Shown here one piece after another: positions 19,404 to 28,642 of a stretch of DNA of 64,000 nt. The translations under genes were made by a program, and so were the position numbers. Numbering within the stretch: the stretch's first letter is position 1; each line of letters starts with the position of its first letter. The notes under the pieces were generated by a model, which saw only the letters and a list, made by a program, of their open reading frames with translations, was not told the DNA's origin and did not search any database. Source of the DNA: Candidatus Spechtbacteria bacterium (lineage in GTDB: Bacteria > Patescibacteriota > Minisyncoccia > Spechtbacterales > JACPHP01); the NCBI GenBank assembly GCA_016188605.1, contig JACPHP010000003.1, positions 16,400-80,399 of the forward strand. Reading direction: 5' to 3'.

Positions 19404-20147
19404 ATGCTCGCAGACATTCAAATTTTCGCCTGCTCTCCCGGATGTTTGGGAATTTTCGCTCTATCGTTTATACCAAGCCTAATTTGGCTAGCTTTTTTTT
19501 GGGTACAAGATAAAAACCCGGAGCCGAAACGTATTATTCTGCGCGTTTTTTTATGGGGTTTCCTTATTGCAATTCCAGTTATTGTCATTGAAAATATGCT
19601 GCAATATTATGCATACCCCCTATTTACGGCAACTGGTACCGCGTGGCTATACGGTTTTCTAGGAATTGCATTAATTGAAGAAACGGCAAAATATCTCACC
19701 GTGCGCTATAAGGCCGTGCCACTGCGCGTTTTTGACGAGCCGCAAGATGCCATAATTTATATGATTACTGTCGCGCTAGGCTTTGCGGCAATTGAAAATT
19801 TCTTTTACGCGTTCAGCGCGTACAATCTCGGTTTTTCCGCATCTATGGCTTCACTTGCGGGAAGATTTATCACATCAACACTGCTTCATGTTGTCAGCTC
19901 CGGAATCCTTGGCTACTTTCTTGCGCGAATATATTTTCTTGAACAAGAAAAAAATTCTCTTGCGATATTGCTAACAGGTCTAATGTTTTCCACAGTGTTG
20001 CATGGTTTGTACAACTATTTTATAATTCAGACAGGAGGATATATGATATTATCTGTTATTCCTGTTATGCCCGTGGCTCTCCTTCTTACAAGTAGCGTAT
20101 TTCTCCTATTTCTTTATTGGCATTTACGTACATTTTCTTATCAATAA
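19404..20147 (+). CDS. PrsW family intramembrane metalloprotease
   Basis: DKNPEP, IEETAKY, GFAAIEN, LLH and LHGLYN motifs. Confidence 0.92.
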   Translation: MLADIQIFACSPGCLGIFALSFIPSLIWLAFFWVQDKNPEPKRIILRVFLWGFLIAIPVIVIENMLQYYAYPLFTATGTAWLYGFLGIALIEETAKYLTVRYKAVPLRVFDEPQDAIIYMITVALGFAAIENFFYAFSAYNLGFSASMASLAGRFITSTLLHVVSSGILGYFLARIYFLEQEKNSLAILLTGLMFSTVLHGLYNYFIIQTGGYMILSVIPVMPVALLLTSSVFLLFLYWHLRTFSYQ

Positions 20148-20176
20148 TTTTTTTTCACCGCTTGGTGAATATAAAT

Positions 20177-20950
20177 ATGACTAAATCTTTTTTTGAAAAA
20201 CTTGCGAGCTCCCTCAGGATGGAAGAAGCTAAAGAAGAAACGGCGCAATACGACGAAGAACAGGTTACCGCAGCGGAAGAAAATGCGGAAATACCTATGG
20301 AAGAAATGACCGATTCGGAAACAAATCCCGGGTCTGAAGAAACGGGTACAGAACCGGAAACTGTGCCTTATCCCGGCGAAGAAGAGGATGATAGGGCCAA
20401 GGAAGAGATGACGGACGACGAAGAAAACGAAGGAGGAGAGGACGAGGAAGAGAACGACCTGGAGGGTTCGTATACCGCCGTTACGCAAGAACCAAAGAAA
20501 TACGAAACACAACTTGCGGCCGCACGATCAAAAACTACAACACGCCATCGTCGCGTTGCGCACAAACATATCACATTGCCCCGCGTACAAGAAACAGAGG
20601 ATATGATGGATGAAGATATGGAAGGACAACTTGCAATTGATGTGTACCACACAGAAGATGATATTATCATCAAGTCCACAATCGCAGGCGTTGATCCGGA
20701 AGATTTGGATATAAACATCGCGGGTGACACTGTAACCATTCACGGCGAAAGAAAAAAAGATCATGAGATTTCCAATGAGAGCTATTACTACCAAGAATGC
20801 TACTGGGGTAGCTTCTCTCGTTCTATAGTATTGCCGGTTGAAGTAGATGGGGACAAAGCAGAGGCAGGATTTCAAAATGGTATTCTCACCATTCGCTTAC
20901 CAAAAGTTGCAAAGAATAAATTAAAAAAAATCCGCGTGACGAAGAGATAG
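20177..20950 (+). CDS. Hsp20/alpha-crystallin family protein with long acidic N-terminus
   Basis: EGQLAIDVY...ECYWGSFSRSIVLP...NGILTIRLPK. Confidence 0.92.
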   Translation: MTKSFFEKLASSLRMEEAKEETAQYDEEQVTAAEENAEIPMEEMTDSETNPGSEETGTEPETVPYPGEEEDDRAKEEMTDDEENEGGEDEEENDLEGSYTAVTQEPKKYETQLAAARSKTTTRHRRVAHKHITLPRVQETEDMMDEDMEGQLAIDVYHTEDDIIIKSTIAGVDPEDLDINIAGDTVTIHGERKKDHEISNESYYYQECYWGSFSRSIVLPVEVDGDKAEAGFQNGILTIRLPKVAKNKLKKIRVTKR

Positions 20951-20974
20951 AAAATCATAAACCTTCCTTTTTTT

Positions 20975-21066
20975 CGTCATTGCAAGTAGCAGCAAAGCAA
21001 TCCCGTCTACTCTATATACTACATACGAGATTGCTATGCCCCGCTACTACGAGTCTCGCGATGACA
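20975..21066. repeat. REP/RPE-like palindromic element (GTCATTGC...GCAATC...GATTGC...GATGAC family)
   Basis: Nested inverted repeats; relatives at ~38029, 47568 and 62035. Confidence 0.6.
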
Positions 21067-21084
21067 AAAATAAAATCTCCGAAT

Positions 21085-22788
21085 ATGAGCGCGCCAAAAA
21101 AAATTAATTTCCATCACGTAAAAATTTTTACTCCAACACTGCTCCTAATTGGGGCAGTGTTTTCGGTTGGCTTAGTTGCAATGAATTCTAATGTGGTTGT
21201 ACGAGGCGTGCGCCTAGCGAGCGAGTCGGTCGGTAATCTTTCATACACGGCTTTATCGCAAAAAATTCGTGCCAATGTATATACTTTTGAAAACACGCCT
21301 GTCGTGCTTATTCTTCCTGACGGTACGCACTACAAAGACGCGACTCCCTTGCTGCTGGGTGTGAGAATAGACGCGGACGCAACACAAGCCGCGGTTTTTT
21401 CCGCCGGACGCACTACGTCTTTTCTTGGTGATATCTCGCAACAATTTCGTTTGTTTATAATCGGAACTGATGTTAAATATCAAGGAACTATTGATGAAGC
21501 GGTAATGAAAAATTATTTATACAATCATGTCTCGCAATTCTACAAACCGGCGCGGGATGCCACAATTTACTATGACGATCTCTCGCATTCATTTGTCGTT
21601 CAAGGCGAAGCAGCTGGAAATGTAATAAATACCACTATGTTAATGACCGACCTTTCCCGTCGCATGGCGACGCTTTCTGCTTCACCAATTGCTACTTTTA
21701 TGCGCGTGGATAAGCCGATGATATTACAACCTTCGGCGCAAAACGCCAAAGAACAAGCAATCAATATCATTTCACGCAATCCCCTCCGCCTATCCTATGA
21801 AGACGGGGAATGGAACGTACAAGCAGATGACCTCGCTTCATGGCTCGCTTTCATGCCAAACCCCATAGACCCCAAAACTCTTGAGATAACAGTAGACCAG
21901 CAGAAAGTCAGCGAATATCTCATTCAGCTTGCGCCTGGAATTAACATTACGCCAGTTGACGCCGTTTTCACCGAAGAAAATGACCGCGTTAAAGAATTTA
22001 AGCTTTCCACGCAAGGGCGCGAACTAAATGTTGAAAAAAGCGCGCAAAAGATTGCGGAAGAAATTATTCATAATTCTACATTACCGGTCACTCTTGTTGT
22101 TGATTCTAAAGATGCCAATATTACGAGCGAAAAGATAAATGACTTGCGCATTACATCGTTAATTTCCTCTGGCACCACTGATTTTGCCGGCTCTCCCAAA
22201 AATCGCGTTCATAATATTCAAACCGGCGCCGCTAGATTCCAAGGAACGCTAGTCGCTCCCGGAGAGGAATTCTCTTTTAATACCATACTTGGCGAAGTCG
22301 ATGCTGATACCAGCTATTTACCAGAACTTGTTATTAAAAAGGATAAAACCGTTCCTGAATACGGCGGTGGAATATGCCAAATATCCACCACCCTTTTTCG
22401 CGCGGCCGTATACGCCGGATTTGAAATAACCGAACGATACAGCCACGCTTACCCAGTAAAATATTACGGCACCCCTGGATTTGACGCCACCATTTATCCG
22501 CCACACCCAGATTTGCGCTTCAAAAATAATACGCCGGGATATGTTCTTATACAGCAAAACATTGAAAAGACAAAAATAACTTTTGATATATATGGCATGG
22601 ATGATGGCCGAAAAACAAAGGTAGACGGTCCCGTTATTCTGTCGAAAAACGAAGAAGATGATTCTATGAAAACATTGTTAACACAAACTGTCGTCGATAA
22701 AGATGGAAAAATAATGTTCACTAAAAAATTCTACTCAAACTACAAATCACCGGAACTGTACCCCGTAAATAGAAATCCATACGAATAG
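21085..22788 (+). CDS. VanW family protein with peptidoglycan-binding repeats
   Basis: NRVHNI, PGEEFSFN, GGGICQISTTLFRA and GFDATIY motifs; N-terminal TM. Confidence 0.92.
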   Translation: MSAPKKINFHHVKIFTPTLLLIGAVFSVGLVAMNSNVVVRGVRLASESVGNLSYTALSQKIRANVYTFENTPVVLILPDGTHYKDATPLLLGVRIDADATQAAVFSAGRTTSFLGDISQQFRLFIIGTDVKYQGTIDEAVMKNYLYNHVSQFYKPARDATIYYDDLSHSFVVQGEAAGNVINTTMLMTDLSRRMATLSASPIATFMRVDKPMILQPSAQNAKEQAINIISRNPLRLSYEDGEWNVQADDLASWLAFMPNPIDPKTLEITVDQQKVSEYLIQLAPGINITPVDAVFTEENDRVKEFKLSTQGRELNVEKSAQKIAEEIIHNSTLPVTLVVDSKDANITSEKINDLRITSLISSGTTDFAGSPKNRVHNIQTGAARFQGTLVAPGEEFSFNTILGEVDADTSYLPELVIKKDKTVPEYGGGICQISTTLFRAAVYAGFEITERYSHAYPVKYYGTPGFDATIYPPHPDLRFKNNTPGYVLIQQNIEKTKITFDIYGMDDGRKTKVDGPVILSKNEEDDSMKTLLTQTVVDKDGKIMFTKKFYSNYKSPELYPVNRNPYE

Positions 22789-22858
22789 TTAGTTTGAAGT
22801 TTAAATTTTATGCGCTCTAAACTTGAAAACCCCGCCAATTGGCGGGGTTTTCAATATT

Positions 22859-23020
22859 TGTGCCGAGGGGGGGAGTTGCCCACAAATAAATTTCCTAACG
22901 GAAATTTTTCGCGGGCCGCTCCTCGCGGCGCTAGCCTTCCGCTCTAAGCGGAAACTAGCGCATCGCTGCGGCCTTCAACTCCCGACGCACGCAAAGCAGT
23001 TTGCGTGCTCCCTCGGCACA
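22859..23020 (-). repeat. tRNA-3'-linked structured element (AACTGCTT hairpin) with antisense and direct copies of the tRNA-Leu 3' end
   Basis: 20-nt exact copy of the tRNA 3' end at 22859-22878; gcacgcaaactgctttgcgtgc hairpin. Confidence 0.8.
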
Positions 23021-23046
23021 CTAATAAATTATCCAAATTGTATATG

Positions 23047-23130
23047 TGCCGAGGGGGGGAGTTGAACCCCCAAGCCCTTGCGAGCACTAGCTCCTAAAGC
23101 TAGCGTGTCTGCCAATTTCACCACCTCGGC
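23047..23130 (-). tRNA. tRNA-Leu(TAG)
   Basis: Cloverleaf with long variable arm; anticodon arm ctagc-TT-TAG-GA-gctag. Confidence 0.95.
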
Positions 23131-23340
23131 ATAGATACATTCTATACAATATGACATATCACGTCGCCATTGACAATACCGTAAATCAATGTATTATTTA
23201 CTAACGCACATTGCCAACTAAATAGCAAGGGGGGAAATTCTGTGAAGCGAGTGGTGGTACTGGTATACGCTGCTATTCTAGCAGCGTTCGGCACAGCTTT
23301 AAAATTTGCGCGACAACTATCTAATGCAAGGAGGTATCCC

Positions 23341-24651
23341 ATGAATTATTTCCACGAAGAGCGTGATAGCGGACATTCGCGCGATTCCTATCGTGCGAAT
23401 GTCAAAAGTCGAATCACGAATTTACTAGATAATAAATTTTTTAAAAGCGCCGAATATGCGGCAGTATTTCTAGTATGGCCGATGCTAATCTATGCCTTCG
23501 TTCATATAATTGGAGGCAACCCAACCTCCAACGATGCTGCGTGGCGCATTCTCAACTCTTGGTGGAATATCGGCGGCATAATTATAGCCGCTATTGTTTC
23601 ACTAATTATTCTGGGAATTTTTTTGCGCGGCACGGAAGTATCTCCGACATTTGAAAAAATATCTGTCAGGGCTATGCTTGCTCTGATTGTATGGACAGCG
23701 GCAGTGCCGTTCTTTTGGGAATGGGTGCCCTCGCTTAGCAATACTCCGCTCCTGCGGCTGGCGGTAATCGCTCTGATTTCTGCAGGACTGATGATCTCCG
23801 CGCATTGGATCGCTAGCGCATTTTCGCCAGTGTGGAAAATGCACGCAAGGGGCTGGCTATTTGCAGTCATCGCAGTCGCGCTCGTCTCGGTGCTATGGCA
23901 ATTCATACCAACGCCCGAAAAAGCGCCTCCGCTGATTCCCGAATCGGTATCAAGCTGGGTAAGCCAGCTAGGCAAGGAACAACCGCGCGTTACAGTAGCT
24001 ACTGCTTCGCCACCTGTCCGTCCTGCGTACAGCCCTCCGGCAACTGCGCCGAACGCATCGTTATCAAAATATCAGCCCGGATTTTCTGGTGTTGAGAATG
24101 ACGGAGATATTACTACAGTCTACCTCAATGGCACTGAAGAACAGGGCCTTCAAGCGGCAATGGTACAGCCAGGAGAGAAGTATGAGGTGCGGTTAAAAAA
24201 GAATGGCGGTAATATAAGCTCATTTGATCCCGTAACAAAAAAATATAACGAGGAATCTCTGCATGGCATACTAGACGGATACGTTTACAAAAACGCCAGT
24301 CCCAAATGCCCAAGCGTTGACTGGTCTAGCAACTTCCGCTATTCAAAGGTTGAGGGCATCAAGCCGAACGCCACTCTTGTTGTCCTTGGAATCGGTTCTA
24401 CGAACGAGACGGTTGCACAATTTGCAGATAATAAATACATAATGTCGGTACAGAATAGCGCCAACATCGCTCGGTCGCTCTCGCTGTATTATCATTCCGC
24501 GACATACTACTGGCTAGACCAGAAAGACGGCGTGTTCTTTCCGTCGCAAGAGCTAGCGTCTTGCCTTGGAAGGCCTGTGGTGGTATGGAAAAACGGATGG
24601 CAAGACCAAGGCAAGACGTCTCAAATATTTGAAATAAGGAAATTGCAATAA
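23341..24651 (+). CDS. Hypothetical membrane protein: ~5 TM N-terminus, Pro-rich linker, extracellular C-domain
   Basis: Hydrophobic helices followed by a soluble domain; SD AAGGAGG; own terminator at ~24654-24691. Confidence 0.7.
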   Translation: MNYFHEERDSGHSRDSYRANVKSRITNLLDNKFFKSAEYAAVFLVWPMLIYAFVHIIGGNPTSNDAAWRILNSWWNIGGIIIAAIVSLIILGIFLRGTEVSPTFEKISVRAMLALIVWTAAVPFFWEWVPSLSNTPLLRLAVIALISAGLMISAHWIASAFSPVWKMHARGWLFAVIAVALVSVLWQFIPTPEKAPPLIPESVSSWVSQLGKEQPRVTVATASPPVRPAYSPPATAPNASLSKYQPGFSGVENDGDITTVYLNGTEEQGLQAAMVQPGEKYEVRLKKNGGNISSFDPVTKKYNEESLHGILDGYVYKNASPKCPSVDWSSNFRYSKVEGIKPNATLVVLGIGSTNETVAQFADNKYIMSVQNSANIARSLSLYYHSATYYWLDQKDGVFFPSQELASCLGRPVVVWKNGWQDQGKTSQIFEIRKLQ

Positions 24652-24731
24652 TTTAAATCCCCTGTCCCGCAACCGCGGAACAGGGGATTTTACTTTCTCA
24701 GAATTGTTCTTTCTCTCTTAGCTAGAGAATA

Positions 24732-25289
24732 TTATTTCGTACCCAAAAATCCAATTATCAAACTCGGAAGAAGTCTTGCGACAACCGCAAGAACAATTCC
24801 AAACACCGCGTAAAGAAGTAGATTCTTTGCCCTAGTAATGTTGTTGGGTTGCTGACCTGCTGTAAGGAACAAAAATGCGGCGTACAGAATTATAACAACG
24901 GAGAGTGTGCCTATAATAAGAAATAGGATGTTAAAAATCTGCCTTATTAAAGAGAAGGTGCAAAGAACACCAAACCCAGACATTACTAATCCCCTAGATG
25001 TTTTAGGAGTTAATAAATCGTTATTATCAAGTTGCGAATTTATCGCATCGGTAGATTCTGCTGGAAGAACGGTGTCCGCTGGCAATAACGCTTGGTTTGT
25101 GCTTACAGGATCCTGAAACTTAGACCCAATCAGAGTATTAACGTCTGCCGCATCTAGATCCGCGCGGACCGTACATTTTGATGCCGATGAAATTGGATTT
25201 GCAGCATAAATGAATGTAGTAGGTATCACCCCTACTGTAATCATCAATATAAGGGTTACAATGTTTCTTTGAATAAATTTTCTTCTCAT
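24732..25289 (-). CDS. Pilin-like protein (TrbC/VirB2-like, CPR type)
   Basis: Signal peptide, two Cys, then two TM helices with YAAFLFLTAG...AKNLLLYAV. Confidence 0.8.
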   Translation of the reverse strand: MRRKFIQRNIVTLILMITVGVIPTTFIYAANPISSASKCTVRADLDAADVNTLIGSKFQDPVSTNQALLPADTVLPAESTDAINSQLDNNDLLTPKTSRGLVMSGFGVLCTFSLIRQIFNILFLIIGTLSVVIILYAAFLFLTAGQQPNNITRAKNLLLYAVFGIVLAVVARLLPSLIIGFLGTK

Positions 25290-25327
25290 AACTAGAAATG
25301 CTACCTACCTGACGTAAATTTTACACC

Positions 25328-25819
25328 TTATTTCGTACCCAAAAATCCAATTATCAAGCTCGGAAGAAGTCTCGCGACAACCGCAAGAATAATTCCAACC
25401 ACCGCGTAAAGAAGTAGGTTCTTTGCTGTCACGAGGTTAGTAGGAGTCTGACCTGCTGTAAGGAACAAAAATGCGGCGTACAGAATTATAACAACAGAGA
25501 GTGTGCCGACAACAAGAAATAGGATGTTAAATATTTGTTGCACCAAAGCAAAGGTGCAGAGAACGCCAAATCCAGATCTTATCGCATCATTAACAACGTT
25601 TCCCGCGGCAATACCACTCGGCAAAACCGTCCCCGGGGCAATAAGAGCGCCCCCTCCTCCTACTAGCGTATTAACATCTACTGCTGAAATCTCTGACCGT
25701 ACAACGCATTCATTTGCCTGTACAATAGGATTGGCCGCATATGCCAGAGGCGCTAAAAACGTCAATACGATAAATAATGACGCAATATATACAAGGCTCT
25801 TTTTAATTATTTTTTGCAT
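25328..25819 (-). CDS. Pilin-like protein (TrbC/VirB2-like), paralog of the neighbour
   Basis: C-terminal ~80 aa nearly identical to 24732-25289. Confidence 0.8.
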   Translation of the reverse strand: MQKIIKKSLVYIASLFIVLTFLAPLAYAANPIVQANECVVRSEISAVDVNTLVGGGGALIAPGTVLPSGIAAGNVVNDAIRSGFGVLCTFALVQQIFNILFLVVGTLSVVIILYAAFLFLTAGQTPTNLVTAKNLLLYAVVGIILAVVARLLPSLIIGFLGTK

Positions 25820-25882
25820 AAAATAAATTAAATAATAAATTTTAGTAATAATTATAACAGTGACCTTTTTTTAATAAATAGA

Positions 25883-26242
25883 CTAAATACCGGCAATGGC
25901 GTATCTTAAAATTGATACTATTATTTTCGCCAATACGATTACAGTAAACCCAATGAGCGCCCATTTTAATACTTCCTTTGCTGTTCTTAGTTGAGTGGCG
26001 TTCCCGCCAGAAATCATAAATAGAAATGCTGCGTACACAATAATGATAAGCAATACGGGACCGGCAAAAACTATAATAGTATCAAGTACTCTGTCCAACA
26101 AAGCTGTAAACGTATCCGAATCAATCGGGTTTTGAATTTGAATCGGTCCGGGATCAGCTGCCAACGCAAAAGGAACAAACCCTGTTACCAGTATAGCACT
26201 AGCCAAAAAAAAGAACATTGTGGATAAGATATTACGTTGCAT
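25883..26242 (-). CDS. Pilin-like protein (TrbC/VirB2-like)
   Basis: IQNPI, YAAFLFMISGGN...AKEVLKWALIG. Confidence 0.8.
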   Translation of the reverse strand: MQRNILSTMFFFLASAILVTGFVPFALAADPGPIQIQNPIDSDTFTALLDRVLDTIIVFAGPVLLIIIVYAAFLFMISGGNATQLRTAKEVLKWALIGFTVIVLAKIIVSILRYAIAGI

Positions 26243-26383
26243 GATGTGATTCTTACATTTTACTATTAAGTATCGAGGCGAAATTATATAACAATAATGA
26301 ATAATGAATTGTGAATCATGAGTTGCGCATTGCCTACTATTCCTATTCATTATTCACAATTCATGATTCATAATTCAAAGTAA

Positions 26384-27763
26384 TCACTGCACCACCCCTC
26401 TCCGCACTTTCTGAAAAATTGCTGATATATCATTTTGCGCCTTGCCCAACGCATCTGCTGGCGCTGTCGCGCCGGATGCCACGGAATCAATCATTGTTAT
26501 CAACGCATTCTCCGTTGAAACATTATCGCCCATGTACCACGAACGCGCTATGAGGGTTTGGTCAACAAAGGGCTTTAGTAAATCAGAGGCATTTTTATCC
26601 TGCCAAGCAATTAACGATTTCAACGCCGTCGGACGTTGTACTTTCGTCAAATATTCTTTCTCATTCTCCTCCCGCGCTAGGAACAATATAAACTGCCACG
26701 CGGCGTCGCTGTGCTTTGAATTTTTGGAAACAGTAAGCCCCCAATAATTTGCGAATGCCGCCTTCTGACGCTGATCGCTCGGCTGTGGAATGGGCGCTAC
26801 GGCAAAATCAAGATAGCGATTCTTCTGTTGAATCGTCGGTATCATATAGGAATAATTAATCATCATTGCCGCGTCTCCGGCTACAAAAGCGTCCACTGAA
26901 TAATGCATATCCGGGCTCCATGAATAAACCTCGCTTTTTTTATCCGCAAAAGAAGTATAGAACTCAAGCGCTTGCAAACCCGGATCAAAACGCTTACCCT
27001 GCGCGTCGTACACGGGGTCGGCAAAAGTTGGTTTGGTTTGCGCGTCATCAGTCATGCGCGTACCGGTCTGAAGCATCAACATTGCAAGTATATCGGTTGA
27101 ACGATTTATATTTTTACCAGTACCCATGACTACACCAGCTAAATCAACGTTGCCAGAAGCGTTGTACTTGGTAAGTTTCTTTACGTACGTTACAAAATCA
27201 TCCCATGTTTTGGGCGGGTCTATTAAAGTGTTGTTATGGAAATACGTGCGGTTATAATAAAGCGCGAGCGTATCAACAAAAAGCGGAATGGCATATACCC
27301 GCGGAGGGGAGATTTGGTTTGCGCCAGTTTGCGCGGCAAAGTCATAGCGCACAACATCGGGATAGCGGTTTTGAAAATCGTCAAACGAAAGCTGTGAAGA
27401 CGGCGCCGGCTCAATATTTTTTTGCTCAAGCGGCAGCCATGTATTGTGTATTGCAAAAATGTCCGGCCCGTTCCCCTGCATAAACGCTTGCTTTAAATCG
27501 GCACGATATGTGTCATATTCTTTCTTGCGATAGGCAACGCTAATATTAGGATATTGCTGATTGAACTTTGCAATCAAAGAAGCGTATACATCACTATCTT
27601 CAAATACATTCCAGAAGTCCAGATTCACCACTTCTTGCTGAACCGGTGGCGCCACGCATTTACTTAGTCCGGGAATAAAGCAAAACCAAAGCCCCGCGCC
27701 AAGCGCGATGGTGAGAATAACTACTGCGCCTATGATGAGTTGGTTGCGCTGATAAGGCTCCAT
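26384..27763 (-). CDS. Extracellular solute-binding protein, family 1 (sugar ABC-type)
   Basis: GNGPDIF, YAIPLFVDTLALYYN, PPKTWDDF and AAWQFI motifs. Confidence 0.9.
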   Translation of the reverse strand: MEPYQRNQLIIGAVVILTIALGAGLWFCFIPGLSKCVAPPVQQEVVNLDFWNVFEDSDVYASLIAKFNQQYPNISVAYRKKEYDTYRADLKQAFMQGNGPDIFAIHNTWLPLEQKNIEPAPSSQLSFDDFQNRYPDVVRYDFAAQTGANQISPPRVYAIPLFVDTLALYYNRTYFHNNTLIDPPKTWDDFVTYVKKLTKYNASGNVDLAGVVMGTGKNINRSTDILAMLMLQTGTRMTDDAQTKPTFADPVYDAQGKRFDPGLQALEFYTSFADKKSEVYSWSPDMHYSVDAFVAGDAAMMINYSYMIPTIQQKNRYLDFAVAPIPQPSDQRQKAAFANYWGLTVSKNSKHSDAAWQFILFLAREENEKEYLTKVQRPTALKSLIAWQDKNASDLLKPFVDQTLIARSWYMGDNVSTENALITMIDSVASGATAPADALGKAQNDISAIFQKVRRGVVQ

Positions 27764-27768
27764 AGACT

Positions 27769-27905
27769 ACTTTGAATAGTGAATCATGAATTGTGAATAG
27801 AGAATGACTGGTTACTAAAGTGCATGATTCGTGATTCACTATTCATGATTCATTGTTGTAAGATTAATTACCAGAGATCTCTCGCGCTACGCTCGAGATG
27901 ACACA
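27769..27905 (+). repeat. 137-bp direct repeat, copy 1
   Basis: Matches 28492-28628 apart from one base by eye. Confidence 0.9.
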
Positions 27906-27909
27906 AATA

Positions 27910-28485
27910 TTATATACCAAATACCAACCCATAGTGGTGGCTTCCGGCGGCAAATTCTTTTTCCAACACAAAACCTTCCTTCTCTGCTAGAGTCACAAAA
28001 TCTTCACGAGATAACCTGGCCTTGGTTTGCGGACCCCAGGGCGCTTCCGCTCTCCATTCTATTATAACAAGTTTACCTTTCTTTTTTAATACACGCTTTG
28101 CTTCACGAATAATTGCACCCTTGTCTTTAACCTGAAAAAGCACGCTGGTGCAAAAAACAATATCAACCAATTTCTCCGGCAAAGTTGACCCTTTCTCGCG
28201 CTCAAGATCGCCGCGAATTGCTTGTACTTGAGTTAAACCATATAGTTTGGCCCGACTGCGCACGGATTCTATAGGACCCTTTTGAATATCTATGGCATAC
28301 ACAGCTCCTTGCGCCCCAACCTTACGCGCGATTAAAATCGCAAAATGCCCAGCGCCACACCCAAAGTCCGCAACCGCCATACCCTCTTTTATGCCTAGCT
28401 TATCTAGCAGGGATTGAGGATCGAGAAAGTTCATGTTTCCAGCCGTTATTTCAGTATGTATTTTTGCCTTAGGTTCGAGAGACAT
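27910..28485 (-). CDS. Class I SAM-dependent methyltransferase
   Basis: VADFGCGAG, VYAIDI and RVLKKKGKLVIIEW motifs. Confidence 0.9.
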   Translation of the reverse strand: MSLEPKAKIHTEITAGNMNFLDPQSLLDKLGIKEGMAVADFGCGAGHFAILIARKVGAQGAVYAIDIQKGPIESVRSRAKLYGLTQVQAIRGDLEREKGSTLPEKLVDIVFCTSVLFQVKDKGAIIREAKRVLKKKGKLVIIEWRAEAPWGPQTKARLSREDFVTLAEKEGFVLEKEFAAGSHHYGLVFGI

Positions 28486-28491
28486 ACACTA

Positions 28492-28628
28492 ACTTTGAAT
28501 AGTGAATCATGAATTGTGAATAGAGAATGACTGGTTACTAAAGTGCATGATTCGTGATTCACTATTCATGATTCATTGTTGTAAGATTAATTACCAGAGA
28601 TCTCTCGCGCTGCGCTCGAGATGACACA
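28492..28628 (+). repeat. 137-bp direct repeat, copy 2
   Basis: Matches 27769-27905. Confidence 0.9.
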
Positions 28629-28642
28629 TATGGCTCTACTTC

